Source: an uncultured Alphaproteobacteria bacterium (GTDB lineage Bacteria > Pseudomonadota > Alphaproteobacteria > HIMB59 > GCA-002718135). From it: a stretch of 64,000 bases of DNA. Position 1 is the first letter of the stretch. Every line of letters starts with the position of its first letter. The notes under the pieces are model-generated. The model was not told where the DNA came from. It did not search any database and was given only the letters and a program-made list of their open reading frames with translations. Below, piece by piece: positions 56,684 through 64,000 of the stretch. Made by a program: the position numbers and the translations under genes. The stretch is taken from assembly GCA_902595425.1 (NCBI GenBank), contig CACJPV010000004.1, positions 47,006 through 111,005 of the forward strand. Direction: 5' to 3'.

Positions 56684-56708
56684 AAATTATATTTTTAAGC
56701 TAATAATA

Positions 56709-57890
56709 TTATAGCGCACCAACTGTTACAAAAGCACCACCGGAAACTTCAAGTTCCTTAAAGGCACCAGCTGCATCACCAAATGCGTTAAATTCAACAT
56801 CAGTTGCACCTTGATAGTCAATATCTTTGCCAGCTGCTAACATTTGCAGACCATAAGATAATTGACCTGGATTGATAACAATACCAGGAGCATTTGATAC
56901 TTTACTAATATTATTTAATATAGATTGTCTATCAGCAGATCCACCAGCTTGAATTGCAAGTGCAATAATAGCAGCAGCATCATAAGACTCTCCAACGTAT
57001 GGAGCACTTCCATCCATACCGTTAGCAGAGGCTAGATCAGCAAATTTAGCTGAACCTTTTGAGATAGCACCTGGCATAGAACCAAAAGATCCTTCAAGAT
57101 CAGAACCAATATTATCAACTATTGATTGACCAATCATGCCATCAGATAGAACAAAAAGGTCAAAAGCACCAGAGTCAAGAGATGCTTCGATCATTCCTTT
57201 TCCACCATCATCAATATAACCAATAACTAGCAAAGCATCACCACCTGCAGATGCTAGAACACCTACTTCTGAAGAGTAGTCAGCTTTTCCATCTTCATGA
57301 GAAGCAGAAGCAGTAATTGTTCCACCACCTGAAGCAAAAGCAGCTTCAAATACTTCAGCCAGACCTTTACCGTAGTCATTATTTGTGTAAGTTACAGCAA
57401 TACTTTCAACACCTCTACTTAGAGCTAACTTAGCTAAAACTTTTCCTCCCATTGCATCAGAAGGAGCAGTTCTCCAAAAAGTTCCGTTATCTGGAACTTT
57501 ACTTAAACCAGGTGAGGTTGCAGACGGAGATACCATTAGTATTCCATTAGGAACAGCTACGTTAGCATTGATTGCTCCAGTTACACCAGAACAGTCAGCA
57601 CCCATAATAGCTGATACACCATCAGCAACTAGTTGTTCAGCAGCAGCTGTCGCAGCAGCAGAGTCAACACAAGTTGAGTCAGCTTCAAGAACTGTAATTG
57701 TTTCACCTCCAAGAAGATTGCCAGAATTTGACGCTTCGTCAAACGCCATTTTAGCACCATCTCTCATTGCAGGAGTCAGAGATTCAATTGGTCCAGTAAA
57801 ACCAAGTATAATCCCTACTTTAACCTCAGCTAAAGCAGCAGTCGATACTGACGACAAACTGATAATAGCTGCAACAAGTAATTTTTTCAT
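56709..57890 (-). CDS. Periplasmic amino acid (Leu/Ile/Val-type, Peripla_BP_6) ABC substrate-binding protein
   Basis: 393 aa; signal peptide MKKLLVAAIISLSSVSTAALA. Visibly GC-richer and codon-biased relative to its neighbours. Strong GGAGGA upstream. Adjacent to livGFHM. Confidence 0.85.
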   Translation of the reverse strand: MKKLLVAAIISLSSVSTAALAEVKVGIILGFTGPIESLTPAMRDGAKMAFDEASNSGNLLGGETITVLEADSTCVDSAAATAAAEQLVADGVSAIMGADCSGVTGAINANVAVPNGILMVSPSATSPGLSKVPDNGTFWRTAPSDAMGGKVLAKLALSRGVESIAVTYTNNDYGKGLAEVFEAAFASGGGTITASASHEDGKADYSSEVGVLASAGGDALLVIGYIDDGGKGMIEASLDSGAFDLFVLSDGMIGQSIVDNIGSDLEGSFGSMPGAISKGSAKFADLASANGMDGSAPYVGESYDAAAIIALAIQAGGSADRQSILNNISKVSNAPGIVINPGQLSYGLQMLAAGKDIDYQGATDVEFNAFGDAAGAFKELEVSGGAFVTVGAL

Positions 57891-57994
57891 ATTTCCTCCG
57901 AGAAATTATAATTTTTTGTATATAGATCAAATCAATTCCAAGGTACAGAAATCAATGATAATGATAGATCAAATTAACTAAAAATAACGAAAAA

Positions 57995-59107
57995 ATGGAC
58001 AAATTTTATACAAATACAGTGATTATTGGGGCTGGAGTTGTTGGTTTAGCAATAGCAAAAGAGATGAGTTATAAAAATAATGAAGTCATAATTTTAGAAA
58101 AAGAGGGAAAAATTGGTCAAATTACAAGCTCACGAAACTCGGGTGTAATTCATGCAGGTATATATTATCACTCACATACATTAAAAGCAAAATTTTGTGT
58201 TGAGGGCAATCAGTTACTCTATGAGTATGCAAAAAAATTTAATGTACCTTTTGTAAATACCAAAAAAATTATTGTAGCCAATAATGAAGAGCAAATTGCT
58301 CAGGTTCAAGCAATAAAAGAACAAGCGGAATTGAATGGTGTTCAACATTTGGAAATACTAAATGAAAAACAAGTTAATCAATTAGAACCTCTTATTAAAT
58401 CTGCAGGAGGTTTGCTTGTACCTTCTACTGGTGTAATTGATCAACATAGCTTGATGCAATCTTATCTTGGTGAGTTTGAAAATAATGGAGGCATGGTCTC
58501 ATATAATTCCAACGTTAAAAAGATCAATGTCATGAATAATAGATTTAAAATTACAGTTGTTGATAAAGAAAATAATACAACAATTATAGAATGTGATAAT
58601 CTAATTAATGCCGCAGGAATATTTGCATCTGATATCGCTAATACTATTGATGGTCTTGATAAAAAATATGTACCTTATACGTATTTAGCAAAAGGTAATT
58701 ATTTTTCATTAAATAAAAAATTACCTATTTATCATTTAATTTATCCAGTTCCTGAAAAAATTAGTCTTGGAATTCACCTAACCTTAGAAGTTGATAATTC
58801 AATAAAATTTGGTCCTGATGCTGAGTGGGTTGAAGATCCACATGATTATTCGGTAAATGAAAATTTAAAATCAAAATTTATTAAATCTATAAATAAATAT
58901 TTACCAGATATAAGTGAGGATATGCTTTCCCCGTCATATGCTGGCCTTCGACCTATAACCAGTAAGGAAGATAGAGTGAAACGTGATTTTACTATTAGTA
59001 CATTTGAAAATCATCAAATAGAAAATCTAATAAATTTATACGGTATCGAGTCTCCTGGACTAACTTCATCTTTAGCGATAGCTAGATATGTGGCAGAAAG
59101 ATTCTAA
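57995..59107 (+). CDS. FAD-dependent oxidoreductase (DAO family; L-2-hydroxyglutarate oxidase-like group)
   Basis: 370 aa; N-terminal IIGAGVVGLAIA dinucleotide-binding motif, GVIHAGIYY. Substrate not assignable. Confidence 0.7.
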   Translation: MDKFYTNTVIIGAGVVGLAIAKEMSYKNNEVIILEKEGKIGQITSSRNSGVIHAGIYYHSHTLKAKFCVEGNQLLYEYAKKFNVPFVNTKKIIVANNEEQIAQVQAIKEQAELNGVQHLEILNEKQVNQLEPLIKSAGGLLVPSTGVIDQHSLMQSYLGEFENNGGMVSYNSNVKKINVMNNRFKITVVDKENNTTIIECDNLINAAGIFASDIANTIDGLDKKYVPYTYLAKGNYFSLNKKLPIYHLIYPVPEKISLGIHLTLEVDNSIKFGPDAEWVEDPHDYSVNENLKSKFIKSINKYLPDISEDMLSPSYAGLRPITSKEDRVKRDFTISTFENHQIENLINLYGIESPGLTSSLAIARYVAERF

Positions 59108-60091
59108 ATGGCTATTGGTATTTTAGGTGGTGGTGTTTGGGGAAGTGCATTAGCAAAGCTTTTTAGTGATCAAGAAGTTTTAATTTATACTAGAGATAAA
59201 AAAGTGATTTATTCTATTAATGAGCATCATTTTAATCCTAAATTAAAATATGCTGTTTTTAATGATAATGTTAGGGCTACTAATGATTTGGAAGAAATTA
59301 TAAATAAACAATTGATCTTTATTGCGCTCCCTAGTCAGACTATTCGCGAGGTTTTATCAAAATCTTATTTTCAAAAATTAAAATCTGATATTGTTATTGC
59401 CTCGAAAGGTATTGAAATTTCTTCATCAATGTTTTTATCAGATTTAGTAAACGATTTGATAAAACCTAAATCTCTTAGTGTTTTATCAGGCCCATGCTTT
59501 TCCGATGAGGTAGCGCAAGATTTACCAACTGCTGCAACATTTGCTTCATCGAGTACTTCTATTTTTGATAATATCTCATCAATGATTAAAAATAAAAAAT
59601 TTCGTATTTACTATTCGGATGACCTCATTGGTTGTCAAATTGGAGGTGCATTAAAAAATATTTATGCAATTGCTGCTGGAATTTCAGATGGTTTAAACTT
59701 AGGAGAAAATGCAAGAAGTGCTCTTATTACAAGATCTTTTGTTGAAATATCAAGATTTGCTATGTTTTTTAAATCGAAAAAAGAAACTATCTTTGGTTTA
59801 TCTGGCTTAGGTGATTTGATGTTAACATGTAACTCTTCAAAATCTCGAAATACTAATTTTGGTATCAAAATAGCAAATATTAAACATAAAAATCTTGAAA
59901 AAGAACTTGATAAAAATGCTGTCACTGAGGGATACTATACCGCAAAAGCTGCCATAAAAATTGCTTCTGAAAATAGTATTGAAATGCCTATTTTAGAGTC
60001 TGTTTTTAATATTTTATATAAAGGATTTGATATAGAAGATGAAATTAATAAATTAATGTCGAGACCATTAACAATAGAAACTATTAACTAA
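59108..60091 (+). CDS. gpsA: NAD(P)H-dependent glycerol-3-phosphate dehydrogenase
   Basis: 327 aa; GGGVWGSALA, GALKNIYAIAAG, GLGDLMLTC motifs. Confidence 0.9.
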   Translation: MAIGILGGGVWGSALAKLFSDQEVLIYTRDKKVIYSINEHHFNPKLKYAVFNDNVRATNDLEEIINKQLIFIALPSQTIREVLSKSYFQKLKSDIVIASKGIEISSSMFLSDLVNDLIKPKSLSVLSGPCFSDEVAQDLPTAATFASSSTSIFDNISSMIKNKKFRIYYSDDLIGCQIGGALKNIYAIAAGISDGLNLGENARSALITRSFVEISRFAMFFKSKKETIFGLSGLGDLMLTCNSSKSRNTNFGIKIANIKHKNLEKELDKNAVTEGYYTAKAAIKIASENSIEMPILESVFNILYKGFDIEDEINKLMSRPLTIETIN

Positions 60092-60095
60092 AGTC

Positions 60096-61022
60096 ATGAA
60101 TTTAGACACTGATTTAGTAAGTAATATTCGTATAAATCTAAGTGCTATTGAGAGAAGAACATCTACGTTAACAAAAAGACGTTCTGTTAAAAAAGAATAT
60201 CAGGCAGCATGGTTATTAAAAGCTATTTCATTAATTGATTTAACAACGTTAAGCGGTGATGATACAGCTGGTAAGGTTGAAAGGTTATGTGAAAAAGCAA
60301 AGTTGCCGATCTCCATCGATTTGCATAATCACTTAGGATTGAAACAAGGAGATATTCAGGTTGGTGCTGTTTGCGTTTATCACCATCTAATTAAAGAGGC
60401 AAAAAAAAATTTACCAAAAAACATTCCTGTAGCAGCAGTCTCAACTGGTTTTCCTGCTGGACTCTCATCTTTTAAAACAAGAAAATTGGAAATTACAGAG
60501 TCAATTAAAAATGGAGCTGATGAAATAGATATAGTTATTAATAGAGGTTTTGTTTTGCAGAATAATTGGAAAAAATTATATGAAGAAGTAAGAGATTTTA
60601 AAAAAGCAGCAAAAGAAAAACATATTAAAGCAATACTAGGTGTTGGTGATTTAGAAACACTGAGAAATGTTGCAAAAGCATCGATGGTTTGCATGATGGC
60701 AGGAGCTGATTTTATCAAAACATCTACAGGTAAAGAGTCAATCAATGCAAATCTAAATAACAGTCTTGTAATGCTTCGTATGATCAGACAATTTAATCAA
60801 ATGACAGGTAAAAAAATTGGCTTTAAGCCTGCGGGTGGAATTTCTACAGCCAAAACCGTCATTGAATTTTTAATTTTAGTTATGGAAGAACTTGGTCATG
60901 ATTGGATAAATCCTAAATATCTTCGTATCGGGGCATCGAGTCTTCTTATTGATATTGAGAGACAACTCTATCATTTTGCATTAGGTAGATATGCAAATAA
61001 AGAAAAGTTAGCAATTGGATAA
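60096..61022 (+). CDS. deoC: Deoxyribose-phosphate aldolase (long form)
   Basis: 308 aa; IDLTTLSGDDT and the Schiff-base lysine context ADFIKTSTGK; second GFKPAGGI motif. Confidence 0.9.
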   Translation: MNLDTDLVSNIRINLSAIERRTSTLTKRRSVKKEYQAAWLLKAISLIDLTTLSGDDTAGKVERLCEKAKLPISIDLHNHLGLKQGDIQVGAVCVYHHLIKEAKKNLPKNIPVAAVSTGFPAGLSSFKTRKLEITESIKNGADEIDIVINRGFVLQNNWKKLYEEVRDFKKAAKEKHIKAILGVGDLETLRNVAKASMVCMMAGADFIKTSTGKESINANLNNSLVMLRMIRQFNQMTGKKIGFKPAGGISTAKTVIEFLILVMEELGHDWINPKYLRIGASSLLIDIERQLYHFALGRYANKEKLAIG

Positions 61023-63382
61023 TGAGTAAAGTTATACAAAATTTTAAAAATATATCTTATGGTCCTGCGCCAGAAGATTGTAAGGATGTTATGTCTTGGA
61101 TTAATTCACTTAATAATCCAAATCATTTATTTATTAATGGATCATGGATAAAATCAAAATCATCAAAGAAAATTCATGTGATCAATCCAGCTACGAATAA
61201 AAAATTAACATCATTATCTGTAGCTAATAAAACTGATGTTAATGCAGCTGTCAGTGCTGCTAAAAAAGCATATACTGCTTGGTCAAAAACTTCATCAGAT
61301 ACACGTGCAAAATATTTATATGCATTAGCAAGATTAATTCAAAAACATTCTCGTTTTTTATCTGTTTTAGAGACTATTGATAACGGAAAACCAATTAGGG
61401 AGACTCGTGACATAGATATTCCATTAGTAGCTAGACATTTTTATTATCATGCCGGTTGGGCAAAAAAAATTGATACAAAAATTTATAAACCAATCGGTGT
61501 TATTGGTCAGATTATTCCTTGGAATTTTCCTTTATTAATGATGGCTTGGAAAATTGCTCCAGCAATTGCTGCTGGTAACACTGTTGTCTTAAAACCTGCA
61601 GAATTCACTTCGTTAACTGCCTTATATTTTGCTGAATTATGCCAAAAAGCTAGAATACCTAAAGGTGTTATCAATATTATTACAGGAGATAGTAGTACAG
61701 GAGAACTAATAACTTCTCATATAGATACAAAAAAAATTGCTTTTACAGGATCAACAGAAGTAGGAAAAAAAATAATTCAATCGACTGCAACACAAGAAAA
61801 AAAATTAACAATGGAGCTAGGTGGTAAATCGCCATTTATTGTTTTTGAAGATGCTGATCTTGACAGTGCTGTTGAGGGAGTGGTCGACGCAATTTGGTTC
61901 AATCAGGGTCAGGTATGTTGTGCAGGTTCCCGCTTATTAGTTCAAGAAAGTGTAGAAAAAATATTTATTAAAAAATTAAAAGCTCGCATGGAAAAATTAC
62001 GTGTAGGCAATCCACTTGATAAATCAATTGATATTGGCGCTATTGTTGCTCCGGTTCAGTTAAAAAAAATACAATCAATTGTAAAAAAAGGAGAGAAGGA
62101 AGGGTCCAAATTATGGCAGCCAAGCTGGGCATGTCCAACTGATGGATTATTTTATCCACCTTCTATTTTTACTAATGTTTCTCCGTCTTCGTTCATTGCT
62201 CAAGTTGAGATTTTTGGACCTGTGTTATCTGTTCTTAGTTTTAGAACGCCTAGTGAAGCAGTGACTATTGCTAATAATACTCCGTATGGGTTAGCAGCGA
62301 GTATTTGGTCAGAAAACATTAATCTTGCTCTTGATATTGCTCCTAAAATAAAAGCAGGGGTTATATGGATTAATTCAACTAATTTATTTGACGCTGCATG
62401 TGGATTTGGTGGATACAAAGAAAGTGGTTTTGGCAGAGAAGGTGGTATTGAGGGCATAAGAGCATATCAAGATAACACGCTCCCTGAAGTTTCAACTGTC
62501 TCCAAAAAAGTTTTTAAAAATAAAGTTGAACTTCCATCTATAGATACAACCCCAAAGTTATATGTTGGAGGTAAACAAAAAAGACCTGATAGTGGATACT
62601 CTTTCAATCAGCTTTCAGCGCAAAAAGAATTTATTTGTGATATTGCAAGAGCGAACAGAAAAGATGTTAGAGATACGGTTGAAGCAGCATCAAGGTCAAA
62701 TATAGCTAGTTTAAATTATTTTAATCGTTCGCAGATTTTGTTTTATTTAGCAGAAAATTTATCACAAAGAAAAGAAACGTTTGTTAATTTATTAATGAGT
62801 ATTACTGGGATAAATAATAATCAAGCGCTTAAAGAATTTGAACAGTCTTGTGAAAGAATTTTTTATTATGCTTCGATGGCTGATAAGTTTGAAGGAAATA
62901 TTCATAATCCTCCAATGCGTGGATTAACTTTAGCCGTCAAGGAGTCAATTGGTGTTGTGGCAAGCATCATGAATGATCATCAACCACTTCTTAGTTTATC
63001 AACAATTATTTCTTCTCTTTTTGCAAACGGCAATGCGAGTATTATTGTTCCTTCAGAAAAAACATCATTAATTGCAACATCCTTGTATCAAGTTTTTGAA
63101 ACCTCTGACATTCCAGCTGGTTCAATAAATATTTTAACAACAAAAACTAATGAACTTAATGACACTTTAACTCAGCATGAAAATGTTCATGGAATATGGG
63201 CTTTTTCTGGAGATCCGAAAGTTCGATCATCTATTATTCATGGTACTGTCTTCAATCTAAAGAGATATTGGTGTCCAAAAAATAACTTCATTGACTGGTC
63301 AAATACCTCTGAAGATTTTCTTAATGAATTTCTTTACGAAGGATCTCAAGTAAAAAATATTTGGATCCCATACGGAGAATAA
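61022..63382 (+). CDS. Aldehyde dehydrogenase with an additional truncated ALDH-like C-terminal domain
   Basis: 786 aa. Residues about 1-490 form a complete ALDH (WNFPLLM, GSTEVGKK, catalytic Glu in MELGGKSP, catalytic Cys in FNQGQVCCAGSR). From about 62552 a second ALDH N-terminal/NAD-domain-like region follows (KLYVGGKQ...KDVRDTVEAA...GVVASI...NGNASIIVPSEKT...PAGSINILT) with no catalytic domain. Confidence 0.85.
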   Translation: MSKVIQNFKNISYGPAPEDCKDVMSWINSLNNPNHLFINGSWIKSKSSKKIHVINPATNKKLTSLSVANKTDVNAAVSAAKKAYTAWSKTSSDTRAKYLYALARLIQKHSRFLSVLETIDNGKPIRETRDIDIPLVARHFYYHAGWAKKIDTKIYKPIGVIGQIIPWNFPLLMMAWKIAPAIAAGNTVVLKPAEFTSLTALYFAELCQKARIPKGVINIITGDSSTGELITSHIDTKKIAFTGSTEVGKKIIQSTATQEKKLTMELGGKSPFIVFEDADLDSAVEGVVDAIWFNQGQVCCAGSRLLVQESVEKIFIKKLKARMEKLRVGNPLDKSIDIGAIVAPVQLKKIQSIVKKGEKEGSKLWQPSWACPTDGLFYPPSIFTNVSPSSFIAQVEIFGPVLSVLSFRTPSEAVTIANNTPYGLAASIWSENINLALDIAPKIKAGVIWINSTNLFDAACGFGGYKESGFGREGGIEGIRAYQDNTLPEVSTVSKKVFKNKVELPSIDTTPKLYVGGKQKRPDSGYSFNQLSAQKEFICDIARANRKDVRDTVEAASRSNIASLNYFNRSQILFYLAENLSQRKETFVNLLMSITGINNNQALKEFEQSCERIFYYASMADKFEGNIHNPPMRGLTLAVKESIGVVASIMNDHQPLLSLSTIISSLFANGNASIIVPSEKTSLIATSLYQVFETSDIPAGSINILTTKTNELNDTLTQHENVHGIWAFSGDPKVRSSIIHGTVFNLKRYWCPKNNFIDWSNTSEDFLNEFLYEGSQVKNIWIPYGE

Positions 63383-63396
63383 GTTATAAAATTATT

Positions 63397-63855
63397 ATGT
63401 TAATCAATATAGATCCAATTTTAAGTCCAGAAATTTTAAAAACCATGCGTGAAATGGGTCATGGTGACCGCTTAGTTATCTCTGATATTAATTTTCCTGC
63501 CCATTCGAATCACAACCGGGTCCACCGACTTGATGGTTTAGATATGGCAACAGTGATGCGTGCTGTTCTCTCTGCTTTTCCTTTAGATAGTTTTGTTCCT
63601 GCAGCAGTTCACCGTATGGAAATAGATGGTAGTCCCGATGAAATTAATGAAGCTAACCAGGAAGTATTTGATGTTATCAAAGAGGTTTCAGGAGATCATT
63701 GGACTATTGGTTCCTTTGAGCGCCAGCAATTCTATGAAGAGTCAAAAAACACTTATGCGTTCATTACGACTAGTGAACGTCGACCTTTTTGTAATTTTAT
63801 TTTAACAAAAGGTGTAATTAAACCTGATGGAACAGTTTGGATTTTAGATAAATAA
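63397..63855 (+). CDS. RbsD/FucU-family sugar mutarotase/pyranase
   Basis: ATG 63397 gives MLINIDPILSPEILKTMREMGHGDRLVISDINFPA (GHGD motif of the RbsD/FucU family). The track's TTG 63361 would overlap the ALDH gene by 22 nt. Confidence 0.8.
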   Translation: MLINIDPILSPEILKTMREMGHGDRLVISDINFPAHSNHNRVHRLDGLDMATVMRAVLSAFPLDSFVPAAVHRMEIDGSPDEINEANQEVFDVIKEVSGDHWTIGSFERQQFYEESKNTYAFITTSERRPFCNFILTKGVIKPDGTVWILDK

Positions 63856-64000
63856 TGAGCATTAGTGTTCTAGGTATTTATGTTGCCGATCTTGTTTTTT
63901 TTGGAAAAAAAATTCCTGTCGAAGGGGAAACAATCTTAGGAAATAATTTTGTGATTGGTCCTGGAGGAAAAGGATCTAACCAAGCAGTCGCCGCCTCTAA
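63855..64000 (+). CDS. rbsK: Ribokinase/PfkB-family sugar kinase, N-terminal fragment (runs off the window)
   Basis: Hand translation MSISVLGIYVADLVFFGKKIPVEGETILGNNFVIGPGGKGSNQAVAAS; PfkB N-terminal GG motif (GGKGSNQAVAA). ATG overlaps the preceding stop (TAATG). Confidence 0.7.
   Translation, partial: MSISVLGIYVADLVFFGKKIPVEGETILGNNFVIGPGGKGSNQAVAAS

Noticed and set aside
57568-57981. 137-aa plus-strand ORF antisense to the substrate-binding protein gene. The same applies to other long antisense or alternate-frame ORFs in the track (e.g. 54336..54743, 43042..43425, 22707..23072, 60380..60745, 52337..52525, 37770..38003) and to all the 60-100 aa ones nested in annotated genes.
   Set aside because: Each lies inside a gene with strong family motifs on the other strand or frame. 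Their translations are low-complexity, with no recognisable motifs or start context.
63361-63396. TTG 63361 as the start of the RbsD/FucU gene
   Set aside because: It would overlap the ALDH gene by 22 nt and add a non-conserved peptide. ATG 63397 follows the ALDH stop and gives a family-typical N-terminus.

Overview
Very AT-rich, extremely compact bacterial chromosome segment. It has many 1-14 nt gene overlaps, convergent genes sharing stop codons, several TTG/GTG starts and almost no intergenic DNA. Gene content is alphaproteobacterial (two-piece permuted tmRNA, SspB-alpha-like adaptor, long-linker FtsZ). The style fits a streamlined marine SAR11/Pelagibacterales-type genome; this is inference and not verifiable here. 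Left to right: mlaC'-mlaA, uvrD, ligA, bamD, an AmpD-type amidase and RNase P RNA. Next is a complete dcw cluster (mraZ-rsmH-ftsL-ftsI-murE-murF-mraY-murD-ftsW-murG-murC-murB-ddl-ftsQ-ftsA-ftsZ) plus lpxC, then fumC, gpmA, an sspB-like gene and a dimethylglycine/sarcosine-dehydrogenase-type enzyme. The only accessory-looking stretch (about 31.25-35.3 kb) follows and abuts the tmRNA gene. After it come folA-thyA, apbC, hflKC-yjeT-degP, miaA, ilvBHC, leuA, mreBCD-mrdA-rodA, a Liv-type ABC transporter, an FAD oxidoreductase, gpsA and a deoC-ALDH-rbsD/fucU-rbsK cluster. Main hunt result: five short units sit downstream of ssrA, four single genes co-oriented with ssrA and one opposite-strand two-gene module. 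Each unit is delimited by direct, progressively degenerate copies of the 23-nt ssrA 3'-terminal sequence. A second GC-rich direct repeat brackets the two-gene module. No integrase, transposase, CRISPR or recognisable defence gene is visible. Other notes: a four-fold 10-bp-phased CCCAT array at the mraZ start (candidate MraZ operator); a T4-like folA-thyA ATGA overlap next to ssrA; an in-frame TAG in one cassette gene; and an ALDH carrying a truncated second ALDH-like domain.
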